In this document: positions 18,360 to 27,879 of the stretch, in pieces
Position numbering within the stretch: the stretch's first letter is position 1
Layout: each line of letters starts with the position of its first letter
Program-made: the position numbers and the translations under genes
From: Deltaproteobacteria bacterium
GTDB taxonomy: Bacteria; Myxococcota_A; UBA9042
Assembly: GCA_020632665.1 (NCBI GenBank)
Contig: JACKFC010000008.1
Coordinates: forward strand, 71,557-135,556
Direction of reading: 5' to 3'
DNA: 64,000 bases
The notes under the pieces: model-generated
The model's input: only the letters and a program-made list of their open reading frames with translations
Databases searched by the model: none
What the model was told of the DNA's origin: nothing

Positions 18360-20334
18360 CTCGACTTTAGCGGTTTTCCAGGCGGCGACCAGCCAAGGCC
18401 CTTGTGTACGGTCGGCATCGCGGCGCCGCGACGCGGACAGCGATCAACGGTGATGCTCGGGTTCGACGCCTTGCGTCGAAGCAGAGCTGTTGGGCGCCCG
18501 AGTTCGCGAGGGCGACTTGCTGCAGATCCCGACCGCTGCAGTGCGAGCTAGGGTCGTCAGCAGGCAGGCACACATCTTGAGGAGATCGTTACGTCTTGCG
18601 GGCCGCCGTCGACGGCCACGGCCGTCGACGGCGGCCGTCACCGTTGCGGCAGTGGGTTGTTTCCTGCCCGCACGACTCGGTGTTGCTGAACATGGTCGCG
18701 GGCTCAGATCGACGGCCAAAGAACTTGGAGAGGCACGGGGAAGCCCCCAAGATCGGGTTGCTAACATCGTCACCAAGGAGTTCCCCGTGCCCGACGTCCT
18801 TCTTACCGCGTCGTTCGTCGCTTTGCTATCGCAACTGCGCCCTGTCTTCACTGCGCCTTCGTTCGCCAACTTCGTCGTGCTGCTCGCCGGCATGGTCCAC
18901 GCGCTCGGCGCGCATAGGCTTACCGACGCGCTACGCGCGGCCGGTCCTGCTGCCGAGCGACACTTCACGAGCTACTATCGGTTCTTGTCGCACGCGCAGT
19001 GGTCGCTCGACGAGTTGGGCCTGGCCCTGCTCGCGTTGATCGAACAAGTGTTGTCGTTGCCGGAACTCGAGCTGATCGTCGATGACACGCTCTGCCGCCG
19101 CAGCGGCAAGAAGGTCGCGCTAGCAACGATGCACGCCGACCCTCTGCTCAAGCAAGGCGGTCGGCCTTTCCATAGCTACGGCCACGTGTTCGTCGTGCTT
19201 GCGGTTCATGTGCGGCTACCTTTGCTGGCGCCGACAGGGTGGGCGCTGCCCGTCATGTTCCGGCTGTTCGAAGGGCCGCGCCAAGGCGGGCGCAAAGACG
19301 CAGCGTCCGATGCGCGGCGTCGCAAGCTGCGCCGCGACAAGGACCTGCCCACGCGCAACCGCGTTCGCAAGACCGACCGCAAAGTCGTCGATGGTAGGGT
19401 CGAGCAATGCGCTCCCGAGCCCGATAGCGGACCGTTGCCCAAGGAGTTGCACCGCACCAAGACCCAGCTCGCCGCTGAGTTGATCCTCGCGGTCGCGCGT
19501 CGATTTCCACACTTGCGCATCCGAGTTCTGGCCGACCATCTCTACAACTGCAACGCAGTGCTGAACGAGGTGCTTCGCGAAGTCGACAACGTCAACTTCG
19601 TCACCCGCGGTCGCCCCGATGCGGCGCTGTTCGCCATGCCAGAGCCGCGCAAGCCCGGCCAACGCGGCCGACCCGCCATCAAAGGCGAGCAGCTGCCCAA
19701 CCCCAAACAGTGGGCCGACGAGCACGCCGACGACTTCGAACGGCACGTCGTGCCCATGTACGGACGCGACGTCACGGTCAGGGTGGCAAGCTACCTCGGT
19801 ATGGCCTACCGCTCGCTACCGGGGCGGTTGGTCCGCTACGTCATCGTCATCGACCCAGCCGGCATCTACCGAACCGACTACCTACTATGCACAGACCTGG
19901 AGCTATCGGTCGCAGAAGTCGTCGCCGCCTACAGCCGCCGCTGGCCGCTCGAGCAAACCTTCGAGTGCTGCAAGCAGAAGCTCGGGATGCAGGATACACA
20001 GGTCCAGATGCCGGCAGCGGTCCGACGCCACGCGCCGCTGTCGATGCTGCTCTACAGCCTCGTCGTGCTCTGGTACCTGCAGCACGGCCACCAACTCACC
20101 AACTACGCCCGGCTACCAGCCGACCCATGGTACAAGGGCAACCCGCGGCCGAGCTTCACCAACATGCTCGCGTGCTTACGGCGAGCGAGCTGGGGCGAAG
20201 CATTTGTGGATCCACCGTTGCCCGGCACGGGAGCGACTGAAAATCAGCCGCCGACGACCCGCGATCGGCGGCCGCAACTCGCCCGCTACCTGTCGCGGGT
20301 CGTCGCCGCGGGTTGAAGATGCGCTAAAGTCGAG
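18360..20334 (+). mobile_element. Insertion sequence, IS701-like, 1975 bp
   Basis: Perfect 13-bp terminal inverted repeats CTCGACTTTAGCG (18360-18372) / CGCTAAAGTCGAG (20322-20334); direct repeats TCTAGG at 18354-18359 and 20335-20340. Confidence 0.92.
18787..20316 (+). CDS. DDE transposase (IS701-like)
   Basis: GTG start after AAGGAG; DDE-type motifs LIVDDTL, VLADHLY, YSRRWPLEQTFECCKQKLG. Confidence 0.88.
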   Translation: MPDVLLTASFVALLSQLRPVFTAPSFANFVVLLAGMVHALGAHRLTDALRAAGPAAERHFTSYYRFLSHAQWSLDELGLALLALIEQVLSLPELELIVDDTLCRRSGKKVALATMHADPLLKQGGRPFHSYGHVFVVLAVHVRLPLLAPTGWALPVMFRLFEGPRQGGRKDAASDARRRKLRRDKDLPTRNRVRKTDRKVVDGRVEQCAPEPDSGPLPKELHRTKTQLAAELILAVARRFPHLRIRVLADHLYNCNAVLNEVLREVDNVNFVTRGRPDAALFAMPEPRKPGQRGRPAIKGEQLPNPKQWADEHADDFERHVVPMYGRDVTVRVASYLGMAYRSLPGRLVRYVIVIDPAGIYRTDYLLCTDLELSVAEVVAAYSRRWPLEQTFECCKQKLGMQDTQVQMPAAVRRHAPLSMLLYSLVVLWYLQHGHQLTNYARLPADPWYKGNPRPSFTNMLACLRRASWGEAFVDPPLPGTGATENQPPTTRDRRPQLARYLSRVVAAG

Positions 20335-20335
20335 T

Positions 20336-23300
20336 CTAGGGCGCCGAACCAAGCACCGTCTCGAAGCTCTTCACCGGCGAGCTGCCGTGCCCCAACCCGA
20401 GCCGGGAAGCCGTGTTCAGCCCACAGCAGCGGACCTCGCCGGTCTGGAGCACGATGCAGGTCGTATTCACTCCCATCGCGACCTGCTCGACCTTGTCGAC
20501 GCCCGTCACCTTCATCGGCACCGTCGAGTCGAAGGTGTCGCCGGTCCCCATCTGGCCGTTGGAGTTCTGCCCCCAGCAGCGCAACGTATGGTCCTGCAGC
20601 ACAGCGCAGGTGGTGTGCATCGCCGCGTCGACCTGCGCCACCTTGCTGATATCGTAGACCGCGACCGGGCTGCCCGCGTTCTTCTTGCTGCCGTCGCCGA
20701 GTTGGCCGTAGCCGTTGTAGCCCCAGCATTTCAGGTCGCCGGCCTTGTCGACGGCGCAGCAATGCGCATGACCGCAGGTGAGGTCGACCGTGTCGACCAG
20801 CCCCGCGACGAGCTGCGGCTTGATCTCGGTCACGTTGCTCTCGCTGCCCTGCCCCAACGTCGCGGCGGAATTGTTGCCCCAGCACGCCACCTTGCCGTCG
20901 ACCAGCCGGACGCAGGTGGCGTATTCGCCGACGGCGACCTGGGCGACCTTGCCCGGCATGTCGGCAACCAGCGTCGGCTCGACCACGTTGCTGCTGCCGG
21001 CTTGGCCGAGGGCGCTGTAAGTGTTGCGGCCCCAGCAGCGCACCGCGCCTTCGGTGTCGACCGCGCAGTTGCGGCTGTGGTGGACGTCGATCGACGCGGT
21101 ATTGGGTGCCTTGAGCACGAATTCCGGCACGAAATAGAGCCCCGAACTGGTGCCGAGGCCAATCTGGCCATTGCTGTTGTAGCCCCAGCACCAGGTCTTG
21201 CCGCTGGTGTCGAAGCCACAGCCGTGGTTGCCACCCACCCGTGCGTCGACCATATCCTTGATCTTCTGGGCGGTTTGCAGGGTTCCGGGCGGGTTGACAC
21301 TGCCGTTGACGCCGCAACCACCGTTGCCGCACGCGCCCCAGGCGTGGACCAGGCCGGATGTTCCGACCGCCAAGCCATTGGTATCGCCCATGCTCACACG
21401 CACGGCGAAGCGCTTGGCGCAGACCCCGGCGATGCAGGCCTTCTCGTCGCCGCACGGGGTCAGGTCGGCCAGCGCCGGGTAGACACAGCCCGCCTTGCCG
21501 TCGCAGGTGTTGGCCGTGCACGGGTTGTTGTCGTCGCAGGTGGTCTTCGGACCGGCCTTGCAGGTGCCGCCGACGCACGAGTCGCCGGTCGTGCAGGCGT
21601 CGCCGTCCTCGCAGGCCGAGGTATTGTCGATATGGGTGCAGCCGAGCTTGCCGTCGCAGCCGTCGTTGGTGCACGGGTTGCCGTCGTCGCAGGCGCCGGC
21701 GCTCTTGCCGAAGCAGATGCCGGCGCTGTCGCAGGTGTCGTGGCCGTAGGGGTCGAAGCGCCAGACCGCAACCTTGGGCGCACCGACGCCGCCGTTGCCG
21801 TCGCCGACGCCGAGCAGCGCGGGCCCATCGACGACCAGATCGATCAGCGATTCGTAGCCAGCGCCGCTGCGCTGCTGCTTCCACAGCGTCAGACCGGTCG
21901 CGTCGACCGCGATCGCCGAGAGGTCGCCGCCCAGGCTCCCGGGCGTCCCGCCCGCGAGGACCCAACCCTTGCCGTGCGGCAAGATCCGCCACGGCCGCAG
22001 CGCCTCGCTCTTGTGCACCTGCCAGAGCTCCTTGCCCGCCGCATCGAGCCGGACCAACGAGAGCAGCGGCGCCCCGCCCTCCATCCGCGTCCCGGCAGCC
22101 AACGCACCACCATCGGGGGTCGCCGCAGCGACGCGCAGCTCACGGGCCACGGCTTGGCCGACCACCAACTCGCCGAGCCAGGTCGCGGTGACGGCCTTGT
22201 TGCCGTCGAAGAAGGTCGCGGCGAAGCGGCTGCTGTTGGCCGTCGTGGTCCAGCCGCGACCGACCAGGATCGCGCCGCCCTTCGCCAACGCGGCGACGCC
22301 GTAGCCGGACCGCACCGTGCCGCCGTCATAGGCCTGCCAGCCGAGTGAGCCATTCGCCGCGATGCGGAAGAGCGCGCCGTTGTTGCCCTGGCTGCCTGCC
22401 GCGTAGACGCCGCCGACGCCGTCGGACGCGGCGTCGTTGATCCAGGTCGCCGGCGGCGAGAGCGGGCCCGGGTCGACCAGCTTCGACTTGCCGTCGGCCG
22501 AGAGCACCACGTGCCGCAGCACCCGAGCGTTGCCAATCTGCGCATGACCCGTGAGCGTGATCGTGCTGCCAGCCGAGATGTAGCGGATGAAGCCATTCGC
22601 CAGCCCGGAGAGCGCGACCTGCGGCCAGCCCGGCGCGACCGCGCCAGTCTTGGTCAGCCGCCAGACGACCCACTCCTGGCTGCCATCGCCCGCGACCCGC
22701 ACGCCGGCAACCATCGCGCCGTCGGCGATCGGCGTCACCACGTGACCCCACGTCGCCTTGTCGCCTTCGCCGAACTCGGTGTGAAAGAGCGTGTCGGCTC
22801 CGCCGCCGACGCAAGCCCCGCTCTTGCACTTCGCGCCGACCTTGCACGCCGCGCCGTCGGCGCACTCCGAGCCGTCGGGCGCCGCGACCAGCACGCAGGT
22901 AAACGTCACAGCGCCCGTGCTGACGCATTTCGGCACGTCGCAGGCTCCGCCTTCTTTATCGCACTTCGGCGCCGGCCCAGCGACGCAGGCGCCGTCTTGG
23001 CAGGTATCACCGACCGTGCAGGCGTCGTCGTCGGCGTTGCAGCTCTTGCCGACGTAGCTCGACTTATCCGCCACGCAGGTGCCGGTCTTGGCGTCGCAGA
23101 CGTCGAGCGTGCAGGCGTTGCCGTCGTCGCAGCCCTTCGTCGTGTGGCTGCAGCCGGTCTTGGGGTCGCAGGCGTCGAGCGTGCAGGCCTTGCCGTCGTC
23201 GCAGTCGAGCGCGCTGCCCTTGCAGGCGCCGCCGGCGCAGGCGTCGCTGCTGGTGCAGACCGTGCCGTCGTCACAGACGGTGCCGTCCTTGACGGGCTGC

Positions 23301-25366
23301 AGCGCGCAATCACCGGACTTCGGGTTGCACTTGGCCTTGAGGCATTGGGTGTCCTGGCTGTCGTTGCAGAAGACCACGCCGGCCGGATTCGGCTTGCACT
23401 GCGGCTTGTCGGGGTCGCTCAGGTCGCAATAGGGCAGGCCGTTGCAGAGGTCGCCGTCGTCTTTGCAATCGGCGTCCTGCTGGCAGGGGCAGACGAGCTT
23501 GCCCGGCTTGCACTCGCCGATCAGGCAGAAATCGCCGGCCGTGCAATTCGAGCCGTCCTGACAGGCAGCGCCGTCGTCGACCAGCGTCTTCTTGCATTTG
23601 CCGCTCTGCGCGATGCACAGCGTCTGCACGCACGCCGTGTCGCCGACGGTCGGGCAGGTCACCGCCGTCGCCGGGTTCTGCTTGCACAGCGGCTTGGTCG
23701 GGTCGGATTTGTCGCAGAAGGGCGTGCCGTTGCAGAGGTCGCCGTCGTCGGCGCAGTCAGCGTCGCTCTTGCAATAACAAGCGAACGTCCCGGCCTGGCA
23801 GCCGCCCTGCTTGCAGAGGTCACCGACGGTGCAGGCGTCGCCGTCGCTGCAGGCGTGCGGCCCGGTGTTGGACTCCTTCTCGGGCAGCACCTCGCGGCGG
23901 CAGGCGTTGCCAGGGAGATCGCAGGTCTGCAACGTCCGCTCGACCGCGGTCGGGGTGCACTCGCCGGTCAGCGGGACGCAGGCGTTCTTCTCGCAGGCGG
24001 TGTCGAAGACGCTCGGGCAGCCGATCATGGTCGAGGCGTTGTGCTTGCAGACGGCGTCTTTCGGGTCGCAGAAGAGCGTGCCGTTGCAGAGGTTGCCGTC
24101 GTCTTTGTCCTTGCAGTCGGCGTTGGTCTTGCAGGGGCAGGTATTGGTGGTGCCGACGCAGGAGCCACCGAGGCAGATCTCGTCACCGGTGCATTTGTCG
24201 CCGTCGTTGCAGGGGGTGCCGTTCTTCACCGGGCCCAGCACGCATTGGCCGGTCGAGGGCACGCAAGCGCTGACGGTGCACGTGGTGTTGTCGGCGGTCG
24301 GGCAGCTGATCACCGTCGCCGGGTTGATCACGCATTTGCTGCTCTTCTGGTCGCAATAGAGCGTGCCGTTGCAGAGGTCGCCGTCTTCCTGCGCGTCGCA
24401 GTCGGCGTCGACCGCGCAGCCGCAGGTGAACGCGCCGCCCGAACAGCTGCCCTCCTTGCAGACGTCGTTCTTGGTGCAGCCGTCGCCATCGTCGCATTCG
24501 ACCTTTCCGGCCGCGCCGCCGAGCGCGTAGCTGCAGCCCTTGCCGGCGACGCAGGTCTCGACCAGCAGCTCGGTCGGCTCGGGCTTGCAGCTGCCGTCCG
24601 CCGGATGGCACGCGTTCTTGCTGCAGACCGTGTCGTTCTCGCCGGAGCAGAGCACGACCGTCGCCGGGTTCACCTTGCAGCTGCCGTAGGGCTCGGTCGT
24701 ATCGCAGTAGAGCGTGCCGTTGCAGGCGTTTCCGTCGTCGAATTTGGCGCAGTCGGCGTCCTGCTGGCAGGCGCAGAGGCTCTTGCCGGAGCCCTTGCAG
24801 TTGCCGCCTTGGCAGGCGTCCTCGGCGGTGCAGAGGTCGCCGTCCTGGCAGGGCGTGCCGTCGGGCGCGGCGATGGGAGCGCAGGAGCCGGTCTTCGGAT
24901 CGCAGACGCTCTTGCTGCAGACCGTGTCCTGGCCCTTGTCGCAGACCACGGCGGTCCCGGGCTTGCCGGCGCAGCGGTAGGGCGCCTTGCTGGTATCGCA
25001 ATAGCGCTGCTCGGCGCAGAGGTCGGCCGGAGCGCAATCGGCGTCCTGCTGGCATTCGCAGAGGTCGAGGCCGCCCTGGCACGCCCCGCCGACGCAGCGA
25101 TCGCCGATGGTGCAGGCCTCGCCGTCGTCGCAGGGGGCGAAGTCGATTGGGCAGGGGCCAGCGTCCGCGGGCCCGGTGTCGAGCTTGGAGGTGTCGGGTT
25201 GGCCCGTATCGGCCCCGCCCACGTCGGCCTGGGCCGTATCCTGTAGCGCTGCGGCGTCGGCCGTGCTGTCGGCACCGCCATTGGCCGCGCCGCCGTCGCT
25301 GCCGCAGCCCGCCATCAGCAGGACCAGCACCCAGACGAAAATGCCCAACCGAGCGTTGTTCTGCAT
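20336..25366 (-). CDS. Very large Cys-rich repeat lipoprotein with central beta-propeller-like region and C-terminal RCC1-like repeats (about 1676 aa)
   Basis: Lipobox LMAGC; DDGDLCNG and CDDGNACTxDxC repeats; RCC1-type repeats (WCWGYNSNGQIG, CWGYNGYGQLGDG, CWGQNSNGQMGTG). Confidence 0.85.
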   Translation of the reverse strand: MQNNARLGIFVWVLVLLMAGCGSDGGAANGGADSTADAAALQDTAQADVGGADTGQPDTSKLDTGPADAGPCPIDFAPCDDGEACTIGDRCVGGACQGGLDLCECQQDADCAPADLCAEQRYCDTSKAPYRCAGKPGTAVVCDKGQDTVCSKSVCDPKTGSCAPIAAPDGTPCQDGDLCTAEDACQGGNCKGSGKSLCACQQDADCAKFDDGNACNGTLYCDTTEPYGSCKVNPATVVLCSGENDTVCSKNACHPADGSCKPEPTELLVETCVAGKGCSYALGGAAGKVECDDGDGCTKNDVCKEGSCSGGAFTCGCAVDADCDAQEDGDLCNGTLYCDQKSSKCVINPATVISCPTADNTTCTVSACVPSTGQCVLGPVKNGTPCNDGDKCTGDEICLGGSCVGTTNTCPCKTNADCKDKDDGNLCNGTLFCDPKDAVCKHNASTMIGCPSVFDTACEKNACVPLTGECTPTAVERTLQTCDLPGNACRREVLPEKESNTGPHACSDGDACTVGDLCKQGGCQAGTFACYCKSDADCADDGDLCNGTPFCDKSDPTKPLCKQNPATAVTCPTVGDTACVQTLCIAQSGKCKKTLVDDGAACQDGSNCTAGDFCLIGECKPGKLVCPCQQDADCKDDGDLCNGLPYCDLSDPDKPQCKPNPAGVVFCNDSQDTQCLKAKCNPKSGDCALQPVKDGTVCDDGTVCTSSDACAGGACKGSALDCDDGKACTLDACDPKTGCSHTTKGCDDGNACTLDVCDAKTGTCVADKSSYVGKSCNADDDACTVGDTCQDGACVAGPAPKCDKEGGACDVPKCVSTGAVTFTCVLVAAPDGSECADGAACKVGAKCKSGACVGGGADTLFHTEFGEGDKATWGHVVTPIADGAMVAGVRVAGDGSQEWVVWRLTKTGAVAPGWPQVALSGLANGFIRYISAGSTITLTGHAQIGNARVLRHVVLSADGKSKLVDPGPLSPPATWINDAASDGVGGVYAAGSQGNNGALFRIAANGSLGWQAYDGGTVRSGYGVAALAKGGAILVGRGWTTTANSSRFAATFFDGNKAVTATWLGELVVGQAVARELRVAAATPDGGALAAGTRMEGGAPLLSLVRLDAAGKELWQVHKSEALRPWRILPHGKGWVLAGGTPGSLGGDLSAIAVDATGLTLWKQQRSGAGYESLIDLVVDGPALLGVGDGNGGVGAPKVAVWRFDPYGHDTCDSAGICFGKSAGACDDGNPCTNDGCDGKLGCTHIDNTSACEDGDACTTGDSCVGGTCKAGPKTTCDDNNPCTANTCDGKAGCVYPALADLTPCGDEKACIAGVCAKRFAVRVSMGDTNGLAVGTSGLVHAWGACGNGGCGVNGSVNPPGTLQTAQKIKDMVDARVGGNHGCGFDTSGKTWCWGYNSNGQIGLGTSSGLYFVPEFVLKAPNTASIDVHHSRNCAVDTEGAVRCWGRNTYSALGQAGSSNVVEPTLVADMPGKVAQVAVGEYATCVRLVDGKVACWGNNSAATLGQGSESNVTEIKPQLVAGLVDTVDLTCGHAHCCAVDKAGDLKCWGYNGYGQLGDGSKKNAGSPVAVYDISKVAQVDAAMHTTCAVLQDHTLRCWGQNSNGQMGTGDTFDSTVPMKVTGVDKVEQVAMGVNTTCIVLQTGEVRCCGLNTASRLGLGHGSSPVKSFETVLGSAP

Positions 25367-25436
25367 CGAATGCTCCCGAAAACCACCAACGCAACCAGCC
25401 ACGTCGGCGGTCATCGTGGCGCATTCCCGGGTCTCG

Positions 25437-26324
25437 CTACAAGCGAGGCGCGTCGAGCAATTTCTCGCGCAGCCATTTGCGGATCGCTGGGATCTCGGCG
25501 GCCGGGATGGTGTGCGCGCCCGGGTGCTCGATCTGCTCGGTGGTGATGCCGTGGCTCTCGAGCGCCGCGATCAGCGCCCGCTGGTCCGCGATCGCGACAA
25601 CCGGATCGCTGGTCCCGGCGACGACCAGCACCGGCGGCATCCGCGCCCCATTCGGCGGCTTCGGCAAGGAGCCGACCACCGCGCCGCCGACGCAGACCGC
25701 CGCATCGAGCAGGTCCGGCGCCATCACCGAAAGGTGCGCGATCATCATGCAGCCCTGCGAAAAGCCGAAGACGGCGACCTTGCGCCCCGCCTGCTTCAGC
25801 TCGCGCAGCTCGGCGCCGACCAGCGCCATCGCCTCGTCGAGCTTCTCGGGCCGCGCCCGATCGCCGAGGAACCAGGCCTTGCCGGGGCCCCACGGGTAAG
25901 GTGCCTCGAGCCCGCGCCAAGCCAGCAGCGGGCCGTCCGGGCCCGGCTTGGCCAACCGCCCGGCGAGGCCGGCGAAGCCGGTGGCGGTGTCGCCGCGGCC
26001 GTGCAGCCCGACGATCACCGGCGTCTCCGCGCCGCCGAGGTTCGGCGGCAGATCGACCCGGACCAGCCGCGCCGGCGCCGCCTCGACCACCGCCGGAGCC
26101 GGTTCTGCGGCCTTGTCGGCCGCCACCGCCGCGGCCTTCGCTTCGGCCTCGGCCGCTGCCTGGGCCCGCGCCGCCTCGATCGCGGCCTTGGCCGCCGCGG
26201 CTTCGGCCGCAGCCTGCCCACGCGGATCTGGCCGTGGCGCCAGGCCGACGTAGAGGCCGGTCAGCGCCATCGCGGCGACCAGGGTCCAGGTGGTGATTTG
26301 CACGAGCTTGGACTTCTGTCCCAT
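25437..26324 (-). CDS. Membrane-anchored phospholipase/carboxylesterase (alpha/beta hydrolase)
   Basis: LHGRGD, nucleophile motif GFSQG, GTSDPVV, HPGAHTI; N-terminal TM and Ala-rich linker. Confidence 0.85.
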   Translation of the reverse strand: MGQKSKLVQITTWTLVAAMALTGLYVGLAPRPDPRGQAAAEAAAAKAAIEAARAQAAAEAEAKAAAVAADKAAEPAPAVVEAAPARLVRVDLPPNLGGAETPVIVGLHGRGDTATGFAGLAGRLAKPGPDGPLLAWRGLEAPYPWGPGKAWFLGDRARPEKLDEAMALVGAELRELKQAGRKVAVFGFSQGCMMIAHLSVMAPDLLDAAVCVGGAVVGSLPKPPNGARMPPVLVVAGTSDPVVAIADQRALIAALESHGITTEQIEHPGAHTIPAAEIPAIRKWLREKLLDAPRL

Positions 26325-26343
26325 CAGAGGCTCCAGAATTCGG

Positions 26344-27879
26344 TCAGTACGGCCAAAAGAGTTGCACCCCAGCAGCGGCACCCTGGGCGTCGCGGCCGCC
26401 AGCCAGCAGCAGGTGCGGTCCCGGACCGGGCAAGACCGCCGGGCGCACCCGACCCGCGCCGAGGTCCCAGGTCGAGAGCTCACCGCCGCGCCGCTCGACC
26501 GCGCCGGACGCTTTGCCGTCGCCGGCGAGCCCGCCGACCAGCCAAAGCTCGCCGTCGAAGGTGCCGACGCCGATGCACGAACGCGCCACGGCGAGCGAGG
26601 TGGTCGGGCTCCAGCTGCCGGATTGCGGCGACCACTGCAGCACTGCGTCGCTCGCCGCGCCGCCGACCACGCCGCCGATACGCAGCGCGGTGAACGGCTG
26701 CTCACTGCCGAGCCAGGCGGCGGCGCTCGCGGCAGGGGTCGGGCCGATCACCGTCGCGAGTGGCCAGAAGGCGTCGCCCTGCAGCTCGAAGACCTCGCCC
26801 TGGCCGATGCTGTTGCCGGATGCGTCGACCCCGCCGAGGACGAAGAGCAGCCGGCGCTCGCTGCCGGGCTCGCGGACCAACGCGACGGCAGGATCGCGCC
26901 GGGGCAGCGCGAGGCTGCCGGTGCTGACGGTGCCCAGGCCGAGGTCGAAGCGCTCGATGCTCGCCACCGGTGCGCCGACGGCCTCCTCGTCGCCGCCGAC
27001 CAGCACGATCTGCGCCCCGTCCGCGACCACGCCGGCCCGCGCCCGACCGCGCGCCAACTCGAAGCTCGCGCCCTCGGAGCGGCCCTGATTCGCCGCAACG
27101 ATCTCCACCCCGCGGCTCAGGCCCACACTTCCAGCCTTGTCGACGTAGCCACCGAGCAACGCGACCCGACCGCCGAGCAGCGGGACGGCGGCGTGGTCGG
27201 CCCGCGCGTCGACCAGCTGGACCTCGGCCTCGACCGTCAGCGCCAGCAGATCGACGACCTGCGCGGTGGCGGTGATCGCAGTCGGTTTGCCTGGCGCACA
27301 CGGGCTGCCGGCGTCAGTGAGCGCGCCCCCGGCGACCACGATCTTACCGTCGCCGAGCGCCGTCACGCTGGCACCGGGGCCGACCCGCGGCAGCAGCGGC
27401 GCACCCGCGGCGCTCACCGGGGTGACCAAGGTCGTCGGCGGCACGAGCAGGGCGACCATCTCGCGATCGGGCTCGTCCTCGCGCAGCACCGCGACCGCGG
27501 TCTCGGCGCGGGCGAGCATCGTCTCGCCCTTGCGCAGCTCGACGACGAAACGGGTCGGCTGCTCGCCTTCGTAGGGCTCGGCGCGCAGGGCGGCGCCACG
27601 CAGGACGACGTCGAGGTCTTCGAGGCCGCCACCGGGGACGCCGCGGCGCAGGCGCAGCGAGACCCCGCTCGCCAGCGGATCGAGGTCCTTCGCCTCGGGT
27701 GGCGCGACCAAGGTGATCAGCGCCGCGCCGGTGCTGTCCTCGACCGGATCGCCCGCGTCCTGGCTGCAGCCGGTGGCGGCGCACACGCCCAGCGCGAGCA
27801 CCCAGCCCAGCACCAACACCCTGCCCAGCGCGTACACCCTGCCCAGCGCGAACACCCTGCCCAGCGTGAATCGCCTCAT
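26344..27879 (-). CDS. Kelch-repeat lipoprotein
   Basis: Signal ending AATGC; Kelch-like repeats (VVAGG, ALLGG, LVGGD, FVLGG, WLVGG); ATGA overlap with proB stop. Confidence 0.75.
   Translation of the reverse strand: MRRFTLGRVFALGRVYALGRVLVLGWVLALGVCAATGCSQDAGDPVEDSTGAALITLVAPPEAKDLDPLASGVSLRLRRGVPGGGLEDLDVVLRGAALRAEPYEGEQPTRFVVELRKGETMLARAETAVAVLREDEPDREMVALLVPPTTLVTPVSAAGAPLLPRVGPGASVTALGDGKIVVAGGALTDAGSPCAPGKPTAITATAQVVDLLALTVEAEVQLVDARADHAAVPLLGGRVALLGGYVDKAGSVGLSRGVEIVAANQGRSEGASFELARGRARAGVVADGAQIVLVGGDEEAVGAPVASIERFDLGLGTVSTGSLALPRRDPAVALVREPGSERRLLFVLGGVDASGNSIGQGEVFELQGDAFWPLATVIGPTPAASAAAWLGSEQPFTALRIGGVVGGAASDAVLQWSPQSGSWSPTTSLAVARSCIGVGTFDGELWLVGGLAGDGKASGAVERRGGELSTWDLGAGRVRPAVLPGPGPHLLLAGGRDAQGAAAGVQLFWPY

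Noticed and set aside
18490-18786. Upstream extension of the transposase ORF (608 aa)
   Set aside because: A good RBS (AAGGAG) precedes GTG 18787 and the extension looks non-coding and contains the large hairpin
19619-25246. Long plus-strand ORFs of 909 and 911 aa
   Set aside because: Alternate-frame or antisense shadows of the transposase and the Cys-rich/RCC1 gene
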